A DNA stretch of 64,000 bases from Candidatus Eremiobacteria bacterium. GTDB lineage: Bacteria; Vulcanimicrobiota; Vulcanimicrobiia; Vulcanimicrobiales; Vulcanimicrobiaceae. The notes beneath the pieces were generated by a model that did not search any database, was not told the origin of the DNA, and worked only from the letters and a program-made list of their open reading frames with translations. Shown here piece by piece: positions 47,919 through 58,700 of the stretch. A program made the translations under genes and the position numbers. The stretch is from positions 1,088,001-1,152,000 of the forward strand of contig CAVWUU010000004.1 of the NCBI GenBank assembly GCA_963758295.1, written 5' to 3'. Each line of letters starts with the position of its first letter. Position 1 is the first letter of the stretch.

Positions 47919-48588
47919 CAATGACGACGACGCCCCGGTCGCCGGACGAACGAAGTCCGTCAAGCGCGCCCAACGCGGCGCCGAGCGGGGTATCCTGACT
48001 TAGGGCTTCGCTTATCGAGAATCCCGTGCGTTCTTTGGCTTGCGCGTCGATCGGATCGCGCAGACTCTGAGGCAGCATTTGATATTTCGAAATGAAGCCT
48101 AGCATCGGTCCGGCCTTCTTCTGTAACAAATCCGGATCGATCGCGACGACGATAATGCCGTGACGTTTGCCGCCGACCGTTTTCTGGAATGCGTCGAAGT
48201 CCAGGCCCGCCGCCTGCGCGCGGTTACGCGCTTCTTGGACGCCGCTTCCCGTTGCCGCAGGTTGATAACCCGAAGGCGGCGTCTTCTCGAGTCCGTCCAG
48301 CCACTGGCGCAGGTCTTGCATGGAAGCGGTTGTGTGGGCAATCACTTCGTGGCCGGAATACGTCCCCGCGCCTTGACGGAAAACGCTTTTATCCGCCGAT
48401 GCCAGCGACGGACTAATGGCCTGTTTCCAATCGCGCGACGTAACGATGGAACTTCCGTTATAAAGCGGGAAATCCGTGGAGTTCGTCGCGACCGCGCCGG
48501 GCGATGCCGATGCCGACGAAGACGAACTGCCGCCGCTCGAGCACGCGGCCAGCAAGGCGACCGTGATGAGCGCTAAGCAACGTTTCAT
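47902..48588 (-). CDS. Lipoprotein
   Basis: MKRCLALITVALLAAC lipobox plus Ser-rich linker; GGAGG RBS. Confidence 0.8.
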   Translation of the reverse strand: MKRCLALITVALLAACSSGGSSSSSASASPGAVATNSTDFPLYNGSSIVTSRDWKQAISPSLASADKSVFRQGAGTYSGHEVIAHTTASMQDLRQWLDGLEKTPPSGYQPAATGSGVQEARNRAQAAGLDFDAFQKTVGGKRHGIIVVAIDPDLLQKKAGPMLGFISKYQMLPQSLRDPIDAQAKERTGFSISEALSQDTPLGAALGALDGLRSSGDRGVVVIDATKE

Positions 48589-48660
48589 GTTCTTCCTCCG
48601 ATGAAAGCCAGAGCGCCGTTTCGAGGAGAAGCCCGCCAAGCCCCGTAAGGCATAACGGCC

Positions 48661-48981
48661 ATGAGCTTCGACGAATTCTGGCCGCGCTATCTGCGCGCCC
48701 ATAGCGATCCGCGGACGCGCGCCCTTCACGTCGGCGGGACGCTGGCAGCGACGGCCATCGTACTAGCCGGTCTTGCCATGCGTAAACCGTGGCTCGCGGC
48801 CGCCGGTCTCGCAGCCGGCTACGGACCCGCATGGTTTTCGCACGCTTTCATCGAGCACAATAAGCCCGAGACGTTCCGGGCGCCTTTGGCTTCTTTGCGT
48901 GGAGATTACCTGATGGCGTGGCACGTGTTGCGCGGCAGCATCAACGAAGAATATGAGAGAGTAGGAGGACCGGTCGCGTGA
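48661..48981 (+). CDS. DUF962 (Mpo1-like) protein
   Basis: FDEFWPRYLRAH..RALHVGG..AWFSHAFIEHNKPETF pattern. Confidence 0.85.
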   Translation: MSFDEFWPRYLRAHSDPRTRALHVGGTLAATAIVLAGLAMRKPWLAAAGLAAGYGPAWFSHAFIEHNKPETFRAPLASLRGDYLMAWHVLRGSINEEYERVGGPVA

Positions 48982-49376
48982 AGCATCCGTTCGTTTCGGC
49001 GATCGTTGCCTCGATCGTCATCGCGTGCGCATCCCCGCTCCTCGCCTTCACGCCGCACTCGCCGGTGTTCGTACAAGACGATGCGGCCCAAACGCAAACC
49101 GTAAAAGCCGACGAAGACTTCTTCATCGCCTTGCCGTCGAACCGGACTACCGGCTTTGCGTGGACGGCGAGTATTGCGGATTCGAAGCTCGTCGCGTACG
49201 AAGGCAACGTCTACCAGCGTCCATCGCACGGCATGCCCGGCGCCGGCGGCCAGCAGCTTTTCATCTTCCATGCGAATCGCAGCGGGTCTACAACGATCAT
49301 CTTCAGTTACGCGCGGCCCTTTGACACCAATGCTGCGCCGGCGCGCAGCCTTACTTTCAATCTAACGGTGGAGTAG
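48978..49376 (+). CDS. Protease inhibitor I42 (chagasin) family protein
   Basis: LPSNRTTGFAW, GAGG and YARPF motifs; signal peptide. Confidence 0.85.
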   Translation: MKHPFVSAIVASIVIACASPLLAFTPHSPVFVQDDAAQTQTVKADEDFFIALPSNRTTGFAWTASIADSKLVAYEGNVYQRPSHGMPGAGGQQLFIFHANRSGSTTIIFSYARPFDTNAAPARSLTFNLTVE

Positions 49377-50153
49377 TGAGCGAACGTCTTTCTTACGGCA
49401 GCTATCTCAAAGTCGAGGAGTTGCTCAATCTGCAACGGCCTCTTTCGCGACCGGAGCACCACGATGAACTCCTGTTCATCATCATCCATCAAGTATACGA
49501 ACTGTGGTTCAAGCAGCTGCTGCACGAGTTGGAAGCCGTCATGGCGGCGCTTGACAACGACGACCTGCTGCGCGTTGCAAAATATTTCCGGCGTATCCAT
49601 ACGATTCAACGGCTGCTAGAGCAGCAAATCGACGTCTTGGAAACGATGACGCCGCAAGAGTTCAATCAGTTTCGCGATAACTTGAATCCCGCCAGCGGTT
49701 TTCAATCGATCCAATTCCGGGAGATCGAGTTTCTTTGCGGCGTGCGCCGGACGGAAACACTCCAGTACATCGAGATGAGCGACGCGCAACGCGGCCGGCT
49801 GGAACGCCGCCTTGGTGAGCCTTCCTTGTACGACGCCGTGAAAGGGCTGCTTGCACGCCGGGGCTTCAAGGTTGGAACCAACGACGAAGTGGTCGAATCG
49901 TTTCGCCAGATTTATACCGGCGAAGACGAATACTACGATCTCTACTTACTGCTGGAAGACCTCATCGAACTTGACGAACGGTTGTTACTGTGGCGCGGCC
50001 GTCACGTTCGTATGGTGGAACGCATGATCGGCAGTAAGAAAGGAACCGGCGGCAGTCTCGGCGCCGAATATCTTGGCGCGGACGTTGAGTTTCAAATTAT
50101 TCCCTGAGCTCTGGGAAGTCCGCACGCACTTGGGTGAGGGAAGCTACGCATGA
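49376..50153 (+). CDS. kynA: Tryptophan 2,3-dioxygenase, +1 indel at about 50075
   Basis: YGSYL, HDELLFIIIHQVYELWFK, ASGFQS, GTGGS. Removing one G restores YLARTL..FPELWEVRT and an ATGA overlap with kynU. Confidence 0.93.
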
Positions 50154-51310
50154 ACGCGCCCGCGACAATAACGCAACCGCTGCACCGCGACCGCTTTCCG
50201 ATTCTGGAAAATTCGACGTATCTTGTCAGCCATTCGATGGGTGCGGCACCGGTTGGTGCGCGAGACGCGCTCCAGACGTATTGGAACGAGTGGGCGACCG
50301 AAGGCCCCGAGGCCTGGGAACACTGGCTTCCGCGCATCGGCGAAATTTCCGATGGCATCGGCAAAATCATCGGCGCTCCGGCCGGTACGGTCTTTCTCGG
50401 ACCGAACGTTTCCGTGCTGCAAGCCGCGGTTGCAACCTCGATCGAGTTCCGCGGCTCGCGCAACGAAGTCGTGTATGAAGCGCTCCAGTTTCCGTCGCTA
50501 ACGTACGTGTGGGCCGAATGGGAACGGTACGGTGCGAAAACCGTCGTGATTCCGTCTGCCGACGGCATGACGATCCCTACGGAACAAATCATCGCCTCGA
50601 TTTCCGAACATACGGCGATCGCCGTGCTCTCGCACGCCTATTACGTCTCAGGAGCCGTCGCGGACATTCGCGCCATTCAAAAGCATTGCCGCGAAGTCGG
50701 GGCGCTGCTTTGCGTCGACGCCTATCAAACGACCGGCGTGTATCCGTACGACGTCACCGAATGGGATATCGACATGGTGACGGGCGGATCGCACAAGTGG
50801 CTAATGGGTGGTCCCGGCTGCGGATGGATTTACGTGAAGCCGTCGCTGCTCGAGCGTTTCCGTCCAGCGGTTACCGGTTGGATGGCGCACGCGAAGCCGT
50901 TCGATTTTGAAGAAGCGCCGATTCGCTATGCGGCGTCAATGTACCGTTTGGGCACGGGAACGCCGACGATTCCGGGCTATCTAGTCGCGAGCCCGGGTCA
51001 CGAATTGATTCGCGCGGTGGGCGTAACGCGCATTCGCGAGCATAACGTCCGCCTAACAACGAAAATTGCGCAGGCCGCGCTCGATCGAAAATTGCGCGTG
51101 AACACGCCGCTGGACCCGCAGAAGCGAACCGGCTGGATCGGCATCGACTTCGATAATTCCGGTCGCGTGTGCAAACAACTTATCGAAAACCGGGTCTTCG
51201 TAGACTACCGGCCCGGATGCGGCATTCGCGTAAGCCCGCATTTCTATACGTCGGACGAAGAAATCGATCGCTTTTTCTCAACGTTGGATGGCTTGCGGAA
51301 GCAAACATGA
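50150..51310 (+). CDS. kynU: Kynureninase-like PLP enzyme (aminotransferase class V)
   Basis: YLVSHSMG, DAYQ, HKWLMGGPG and GW.AH motifs; coupled to kynA. Confidence 0.8.
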   Translation: MNAPATITQPLHRDRFPILENSTYLVSHSMGAAPVGARDALQTYWNEWATEGPEAWEHWLPRIGEISDGIGKIIGAPAGTVFLGPNVSVLQAAVATSIEFRGSRNEVVYEALQFPSLTYVWAEWERYGAKTVVIPSADGMTIPTEQIIASISEHTAIAVLSHAYYVSGAVADIRAIQKHCREVGALLCVDAYQTTGVYPYDVTEWDIDMVTGGSHKWLMGGPGCGWIYVKPSLLERFRPAVTGWMAHAKPFDFEEAPIRYAASMYRLGTGTPTIPGYLVASPGHELIRAVGVTRIREHNVRLTTKIAQAALDRKLRVNTPLDPQKRTGWIGIDFDNSGRVCKQLIENRVFVDYRPGCGIRVSPHFYTSDEEIDRFFSTLDGLRKQT

Positions 51311-52662
51311 ACGGCCCAGCCTCGATGGTAGTGGATCACACCCGTGTAGGCGCCGCATTCCGGCGCCTTTCTCTTCCGCTCGCCGTGCAGATGCTTGGCG
51401 ACCAGATCTTGGGCATCGTGGACACCATCGTGGTCGGATATCTTGGCACCGTCGCGCTCGCGGGCGTTACGGCCGCAACGATCGTCTTCTTCACGCTCAT
51501 CATGACCGTGGGCGGTCTCTGGAGCGGCCTTAGCATTATTGCAGCGCAACGCATTGGTGCGCACGACGTCGAGGGATACGGGCGAACGGTGCGCGCGGGG
51601 TTCATTATCCCGTTCATTGTTTCGCTGGCCATTGCAATTGTGAGTATTCCGCTCAGCGTGCCGATGGTAACGCGCATGATCGGCGGCTTGCCGTCGTCGC
51701 ATGCTGCCGGTCTTTATTTGATGCTGCGATGCTTTTCGCTCGTGCCGATCGCCGTGTCGGCTCCGCTAATCGTTGGACTTGGCGCAGCGGGAAACCGCAA
51801 GCTAGGGATCTATTTGCTGGCCATCATCAACCTGATTCACATCCCGCTGCTCGTCGTACTCGCGCTTGGCGCAGTGACGCATCATGCATTCGGGATCGTC
51901 GGCGCCGGCGTTTCAACATTCTTATCGGAAGCGATTGCCGCGGTGTTCGCCGTGATTTACGTCGCTCGTAAGCCGCTGTATCGCGTCTTCTCGGAATTGA
52001 CGGTTGACTGGAATTTGGCCGTGCGGTGCGCGTGGCTAGGTCTTCCGGAGAGCGTCTTCGGTTTGGCGCTGGTCGGCCCGGACATCGCGATCGTCTCGAT
52101 GCTCGCTGCGGTCGGACCAACGGCAATCGCGGCATTTCGCGCGCTGAACGTCGTTTCGGACCTAACGTTCGTCGTGCCGAGCCCGCTGCAAAGCGCCACT
52201 CAAACCGTCATCGGACAACGGCTTGGTGCGCGAGACATCGAGGGCGCGCGTTGGTTTTTGCGACGCGCTTTGCGAACGACGTTGCTCGTTTCCACGGTCA
52301 CCGGTGCGCTCGTCGCCATCCTCGCGTGGCCGCTCTCCTACCTCTTTACGTTGAACGCGTCGGTCGCCACCGCAGCGGCGCTGCCGTTGGCGTTGCATAT
52401 GGCGACGCTGCCGATCAAAGGCCTCGCGATGGTCGGCCTTTCGCCGATTCGCGCCGCGGGCGATACCCGATTTTCAATGGTGCTCGGCGTAGTGTGCAGC
52501 GTCTGCGTACTTCCACTGACGTGGTACGGCATCGAGCGTTTGCACATCGGTTTATACAGCGTCCCCATCGCATGGATCATCGCCTGGACGGCACGCGGGC
52601 TCGTTACGGCGTGGAAGGTCCGGCGCGGTACGTGGACCGAACGCGCTCCGCTGGCGGCTTAA
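51307..52662 (+). CDS. MATE family efflux transporter
   Basis: VDTIVVGYLG and AQRIGA motifs, two-repeat multi-TM layout; ATGA overlap at 51307. Confidence 0.88.
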   Translation: MNGPASMVVDHTRVGAAFRRLSLPLAVQMLGDQILGIVDTIVVGYLGTVALAGVTAATIVFFTLIMTVGGLWSGLSIIAAQRIGAHDVEGYGRTVRAGFIIPFIVSLAIAIVSIPLSVPMVTRMIGGLPSSHAAGLYLMLRCFSLVPIAVSAPLIVGLGAAGNRKLGIYLLAIINLIHIPLLVVLALGAVTHHAFGIVGAGVSTFLSEAIAAVFAVIYVARKPLYRVFSELTVDWNLAVRCAWLGLPESVFGLALVGPDIAIVSMLAAVGPTAIAAFRALNVVSDLTFVVPSPLQSATQTVIGQRLGARDIEGARWFLRRALRTTLLVSTVTGALVAILAWPLSYLFTLNASVATAAALPLALHMATLPIKGLAMVGLSPIRAAGDTRFSMVLGVVCSVCVLPLTWYGIERLHIGLYSVPIAWIIAWTARGLVTAWKVRRGTWTERAPLAA

Positions 52663-52663
52663 A

Positions 52664-53086
52664 TTACGCGGGCTGCAGTTCCGGCCGCGAAGCGCGGCCG
52701 TGCCCGCCGTACAGCGTCACAAATGCGATCAACGCGTTGAGCCACAAGTCGTGCCCGTACAACGGCGCGATACCGAAGAACGTGTTAGTCACCGGAATCA
52801 AGCCGAAAAACGCGAGAATGAGCGACCACCAGCCGGCGACGCGGCACCAGGCAATCGCTCCGGCAAAAGAACGCGCGGCGAAAATAGCAACGAGCCCCAG
52901 CAGTATGTCGAGGATACTGTGCGCCGCGTTCGTGGCGAACATGCCGAAGGCAAGCCGGTAGAAAACCCCGAGCGCAAGCACCGGTGCGTCAAACGGCGCC
53001 GGCGGCGAAATCCAGGGAGCAAATCCCCCAACGCCAAGCACGAATAGAAAACCGCCGGTAATACGGGCGATCAACGGTGCGCTCAT
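52664..53086 (-). CDS. DUF4383-like membrane protein
   Basis: GF.P..FGMFATNAAHSIL..D.WL pattern with about 4 TM segments. Confidence 0.65.
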   Translation of the reverse strand: MSAPLIARITGGFLFVLGVGGFAPWISPPAPFDAPVLALGVFYRLAFGMFATNAAHSILDILLGLVAIFAARSFAGAIAWCRVAGWWSLILAFFGLIPVTNTFFGIAPLYGHDLWLNALIAFVTLYGGHGRASRPELQPA

Positions 53087-53095
53087 GAAGGTTTC

Positions 53096-53891
53096 TTACC
53101 GGGTGCCCGGGCGCAGCACCTCTTGAAATTCATCATGAATTCGTGCATTCGTTGCAAGAATCGACCGCGCTTCGAGCGCCGGAAGCACCGCCGTCGATGC
53201 GCGTGACCGCTCCGCCGGCTTCGGACACCAAGAGCATGCCGGCCGCAACGTCCCACGGATGCAGATCGAACTCCCAGAATCCGTCAAACCGCCCCGCGGC
53301 AACGTACGCGAGATCGAGCGCCGCCGACCCATCCCGCCGTACGGCCTGCGCGCGGTGTGAAGCCGCGGCGAAGCATTCAGCGTTGCGTTCAAAATCGGCG
53401 GGGTGAAAGCCGGTGCAGACCATGGCGTCCCCGACGCGATCGACGCCGGAAACGCGTAGCGGTTTCCCATTTCGCTGCGCTCCCGACCCGCGCTCCGCGA
53501 CAAAAAGCTCGTTCATGAACGGCGCGAACACCACACCGGCGAGCAGCTCGCCGGCGCGTTCGTACGCGATCGAAACGCAACACAGGGGATAGCCGTGCGC
53601 GTAGTTCGTGGTTCCGTCTAGGGGGTCGACGATCCACCGCTCGTCGTTCGTGCCGTGCGTCGTACCGGTCTCTTCACCCAAAATCGTTGCGTTCGGAAAG
53701 GCTGCGCGCAACCGTTGCGCGATCAACGCTTCGCTGGCCTTATCGGCCGCCGTCACAAGATCGGCACGACGGCCCTTTTCTTCGATTTCCAGCGGTAGCG
53801 CAGCATACTCGAGCAGCATCGCGCCGGCTTCCCGGGCTACGTCGACGGCGACGCTTAACGGATCGGGACGTCCGGCGGGTAAGAGGGTCAT
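53096..53891 (-). CDS. suhB: Inositol monophosphatase family protein, +1 indel at about 53183
   Basis: DLVTAAD, GEE, WIVDPLDGTTNY, GSAALDL, WDVAAG; the C-terminus SILATN..IH lies in the adjacent frame. Confidence 0.9.
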
Positions 53892-53893
53892 GT

Positions 53894-54334
53894 ATGTGGT
53901 TTTCTTTGCGGATCGTGTTGCTTGGACTTTGGGTAGGTGCGATGGCGGGATTTGCGTTCCTCTTCGCTCCGATCGCCTTCTCGCACGTCGGTCCGGTGCC
54001 GGCATTCGCGGGTACCATCGCCGCCTCGGTCACGGCGATTACGAAAACTGGAGACTGGCTAGGCATCGCCGCGGTCGCAATTACCGTCTTCACGGCATTG
54101 GAGTCGCGGCGCCGCGCCGCCGTGATCGTGGCATGCGTCGCAGCCGCGATTGCGTTCGGATTCGTCGAAACGCAGATCATCGTCCCGGAAATGCAAACGA
54201 CGCCGCTGCTAACTCCGGCGTACGATGCGCTTCACCGGAAAAGCAGCGGCGTCTATTCGATTGTGTTACTGGCAGCGCTCGCGGCCTTTGTCGCAAGCGC
54301 ACAGCGTTCTAGTTATGCGTCATCCGGTAACTGA
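53894..54334 (+). CDS. DUF4149-like membrane protein
   Basis: LWVG..FAPIAF..P.M..LHRKS pattern; start at ATG 53894. Confidence 0.7.
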   Translation: MWFSLRIVLLGLWVGAMAGFAFLFAPIAFSHVGPVPAFAGTIAASVTAITKTGDWLGIAAVAITVFTALESRRRAAVIVACVAAAIAFGFVETQIIVPEMQTTPLLTPAYDALHRKSSGVYSIVLLAALAAFVASAQRSSYASSGN

Positions 54335-55028
54335 ACGTCGCCTGATAGTCGCCCGCCGGGATATTGCTCGGGACGGTTAGCGAGAGATCGATGCAGACGG
54401 TCTTCGCGGCACCCGCCGCGCCGGTGAAGGTTGTTTCGCCCGGCTGACCGGAATTGGCGAACGGTTTGAACGTCGTCGTGATCGTTTCCGCGAGCCACGA
54501 AAGGTCGCTCTTCGTTGGATAATTGTACATAGGAAATCCGTTAAGCCCGGCCGTTCCACCCGTGGTATTGCTGCCGTAGGCGTAATCGGTGACAGTCCAT
54601 GCCGTCGCGTATTTTGCGAAGATTTGGAAAACGCACGGAAAGCTATTTGCGCCGTATCCCGCCGAAAGCGGAGAAGACATACTCGCCCCTGGGACGACGT
54701 GGAAATACTGGTACGACGGGTCCGCTTTTACCGTAAATTGGACTTTCACGCTTCCTTGCGGCGTGGCTTGCGCCACCATGTCGCTCGTACTGAGTGGATC
54801 GTAGGCGACTTCGTTAGACGCGTCCGCCCGCGAAAGAACACTGGCGAATGCAATCGTTCCCTGTTGCGACACCGGAACGTACGCGACGGGCGTAGGCGAC
54901 GGCGAAGGCGTGACGGTAAAATTGACGGTGATTTGCTTCGTTCCCAGCGTTCCTTGAAGCGCCTGCGCATGACGCGTGAATACTAGGACGGTAACGACGG
55001 CTAAAAACGCAATCGCAAATTTCTTCAA
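54309..55028 (-). CDS. Secreted pilin-like minor subunit
   Basis: Signal peptide, GSVKVQFTV motif, C-terminal LTVPSNIPAGDYQATFSYRMTHN. Confidence 0.6.
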   Translation of the reverse strand: MKKFAIAFLAVVTVLVFTRHAQALQGTLGTKQITVNFTVTPSPSPTPVAYVPVSQQGTIAFASVLSRADASNEVAYDPLSTSDMVAQATPQGSVKVQFTVKADPSYQYFHVVPGASMSSPLSAGYGANSFPCVFQIFAKYATAWTVTDYAYGSNTTGGTAGLNGFPMYNYPTKSDLSWLAETITTTFKPFANSGQPGETTFTGAAGAAKTVCIDLSLTVPSNIPAGDYQATFSYRMTHN

Positions 55029-55702
55029 TTTCCCACCGCCGTATAAACGATATAAACGCTGAAGCTGTCCGCCGGCGGGCTATTATACAAACGGAGTTCG
55101 TAGTCAAAGCCCTCCGTTACGGCGTTACCCGGCTGCGACATCGTCGTAGTCGGATACGACCACACCGCCGTGTTGGCCGGGGGCGGCGATCCGCCGTAGT
55201 TGATGCACGCCACGCCGCACGTCCCCGCGTGAGTCGGCTGGAAAGCCGTTGCACTGCTGAACGGCGTGTTTGAGGTGCCCGAAGGCAGCCAGAACAGCGT
55301 CTGATTCAGCGGGATCGTCGATCCGGGGCTGGTGCTGTCCTGAATGTCCGTCATGCCTTCGGCGTACAGCGTGAAACCGTTGTCGTCATTCGTTTGCACC
55401 GCCGCCTTCACCGCGTATTTATAAAGGTATGCATATCCCTGAACCACCTGGTTGCCGAAATCCACGACACCGCCGTTGAGCGATGCGCCGGCTCCCGGTG
55501 CAGGCGTTGAACCGGAACCCGATCCGCCTTGCGGACCAAAGCCCGTTTGATAGTTCGGCGTAATCGTCAGGTTGACGATCGGAACGATTTTCCACTGAAG
55601 TTTAACCGAACCGACTTCAGCGCAAGCGTTTCCGCTTCCAAACGCCACCAGCGCGGCGATCGCGAGAAGTCCTAGGGTGAGTGTGCGCGTTACCTTGCCC
55701 AT
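55025..55702 (-). CDS. Secreted pilin-like subunit
   Basis: Shares GSVKLQW, T.NY, FG and VQTND.NGF with the 60706-61461 protein; ends IVYTAVGN. Confidence 0.65.
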   Translation of the reverse strand: MGKVTRTLTLGLLAIAALVAFGSGNACAEVGSVKLQWKIVPIVNLTITPNYQTGFGPQGGSGSGSTPAPGAGASLNGGVVDFGNQVVQGYAYLYKYAVKAAVQTNDDNGFTLYAEGMTDIQDSTSPGSTIPLNQTLFWLPSGTSNTPFSSATAFQPTHAGTCGVACINYGGSPPPANTAVWSYPTTTMSQPGNAVTEGFDYELRLYNSPPADSFSVYIVYTAVGN

Positions 55703-58700
55703 TAGTTGAACACCAAAGTATAGGTGAGAGTAACCGTTTGAGGTGACGTGTTACCACCCGTCGCTACTGAGAAGTTCATCACAGAGTCGAGCGGACCATG
55801 ATACGCGTTGCCTGAGTAGTTTGCGAGTTGAAGACCCGGCGTTGTGGTAAGCACCGGCGTCATCGTCGTTTGATTGAGCGTAAATCCCGCGTGCGAGCTG
55901 GACCGGCCGGCGCCGTTGTCGATGTCGGCGGAGAGCATGTTCGAGGGATTCGTGCCCGGTGACGTGGTCACGTAGAGCACCCACGAATTGGGATTGTTCG
56001 CGTCGGAACGAACGCTCGCGTCCAAAACGTCCGCGGCGTTGAACGTGCCGTTGAAGACGCCGAAGTCGACCGTTGTCGGAGAACCCGCCAGAACACGGCA
56101 ACTGACGCAATTCGTTTGCGGCGTTAACGTGGCGTCAGCCGGCACAACCGAGTTGGGCTGCGTCGGGAAGACCCATCCCGCATTGGGCGTGAGTAGGGTC
56201 AGGGTCCCGTTCAAAATTACGGACAGAACGTTTGCTGCACTGTACGTTGGTTGCGTTGCGTAGTTCGTTCCGCCGCTCGTGATCGTCGACGGGAACGTGA
56301 ATTCGTTTCCGACGAGGTACGGGCTCTGCGCGACAAACACGATATTGACCGTGCCGCCGTTCTTCGGGATATTGCACCCCGTAAGGGTGATGGAGCCGTC
56401 TACCGGGCCCGCAGGCTTGACGTTGGTATATGCGACGGTACACCCGGATGCACCGCCGGAATACGTGAGTGTGGGCGCTGCCGTGATATTAAAGTAGCCG
56501 GCGTTTCCGGTTGCGTTGTCCGTCCCGTTGGTTCCCGACCGCGTAGCCGACGGAATCGTCAAGGTAACGCCCTGGATCGCTGTCGATCCCGTGTTTACAA
56601 CCGTGTAGACGAACGTGCTCCCGCCGTTTGACACGTCGGCGCCGACTTGGGGCTCCGTTCCGTTTGGAACAATGGCTCCGTTGATCTGGGTAAACGCCGC
56701 GGAGGCCGTCGTATTACTGAACGTAATCGGGGTCGTTTGCGCCATCGCGCTGGTATCCACGCCGCCGTTCGCGCCGGTGACATACCAGCCGACGTTGTAG
56801 TTTCCCGCCGCGGGGCCCGCACTCCAATTCACGGTCATGTTAAGCTGGCCGCCGGGAGCAATAGCGTTCGCCGTTTCGTTTGTCGAGCAGGGGTTGGCGT
56901 TCGTCGGTCCCGGCTTAGGACAAAGTGCGATAACCCACTGGCGGCTGCCCGCTGCCGTTTCCCACGAATACCAGCCGGCCGGCACGGTAATCGACGCCGG
57001 ATCCGTTCCGGCCGGGAACGTGAGGTTCACTTCATCGACCCAGTCCGGATTCGGATCGTGCGATGCCGGCGTGTTCGTAAATACGAGATTGCCGGAAGTC
57101 GCGCCGCCGCCCGTTCCAACCGTGCCCGGCTGGAATTGCATCGTCATCAGCGTCGGATTCAGCGAGTATGCGGAAAGCATCGAGGAGTCGACGTTCGTCG
57201 CTCCGGCGATCGCGTTCACGGTCGTAGACGTCGGGCTCAGCGTGTAAGCCGCATCGGCGCAGCTGCCGCAGTTTCCGTAGGCATTGCCCTTATCGAAGTT
57301 TGCGACGGCCGCAATATCGGTCTCGGTGAACGACGTCTTGAACAGCGGAAAGCGGATCACGAACGTTCCGGAGGCGCCCTTTGCGATACCGCAGCCATCG
57401 ACCGTGGTTTGCTTGCACGCGATAGCGATAACGTTTTGGTTTGCACCGGCAACGGGCGAAACGCCGGCCGCATTTGCGGTCGTATTCGAGTACAGTTTCC
57501 ACGTGTAGCCTGCCGGCCCGCTCACGAGCGTCGGAACAACCGCGTTCAAGTCGACAGCCGAGGGGAACGTCAGTCTAACTTCGCTTAACCGGTGATTCCC
57601 GGCTGACACGACGTTGTTTAGCGTCAGATTGACCGTATAGTAATCCGAGGTTGGCGAATTTGCCGTACCGTAGATGTAGGTCAGCTGTCCGTACTTGCTT
57701 GCGCGCGCCGCCATATTCGCAGTTGCGCTCTCGCTTTGCACCGACCACGCAATGGTCGGCACGACGGTGTTCGGATTGACACCCGACGCCAGCACCTGCA
57801 GATTCGGCGATGCCGAACCCGCCGCGCTGTAGGCGATTCCGTGCTCCGGCAAGACCTGTGTCGGAAGATCGCACGGAGTAGTGCACTTACCGGCCGGCAC
57901 CGTCACCGTCACATTGAACGAGAGCGTTCCGCCGACGGGGATGCCGACATTGCGTTGGTTCGGCGTTGCCGTGATAACGGTGTTCACACCGACGCCTGAA
58001 GAAGTAATCGTCCAGCTATTGCCGGCCGAATCGACCGCGGTAGTGGACGAGAGGCCAAGACTCTCGCCGTCGGTTGTAATGGAGGCAATCTGCAGGCCGC
58101 TGATAGCATCGCCGTTCCACGATCCGAAGTTCGTGCCGCCGGTGTTCGTAATCGTAACGTTCCCGATTGTGGGGGTCGTACCGGCTTGTAAGATAGAGTT
58201 GGTCGACCACGCGGCATTGGCGTAGTACCCGAGCAGCTGGAACGATTTGCTGCCGAGAACGATGCCCTTCGTTTGATCGTAAAGCTGCGCCGTTAGAACG
58301 TTGGGCGCAAAGGGATTTTGCGTCGGCCCGAAAGCTTCTTCAAAAACGGCGTTAAGCGGGAATGCAACTTGCTTCGTGAATGCCCCACCGGCTTGTACGG
58401 CCGTCGGCACGTTTTGCAGAATTGGCAATGCGCCGCTGCCATAATTATAGCTTTGCAGTTGCGTCAATACGACGCCGTTCGGATCGCTGACGGTGACGGC
58501 AATCGTATCGCCGTTAGAAGTCGCCGGAAGATTGGTTGCGTTATACGTCAGTCCCTGAACCGATTGGTCCAAGATGCCGTCAGTCGCATAAGTGCTGTTA
58601 TAGAAGGCCGTTGGCTGCACCGTGCCGCCCGATGCATTATACGGCGTGAGCGTCCACGAGAGGTTCGACGGCTCGATTGAAATCTGCTGATGGGAGACCA

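Noticed and set aside
25320..53891. Programmed frameshifting or phase variation at the six indel sites
   Set aside because: There are no slippery heptamers or long SSR tracts, the genes are unrelated and include normally essential tilS; assembly error is simpler.
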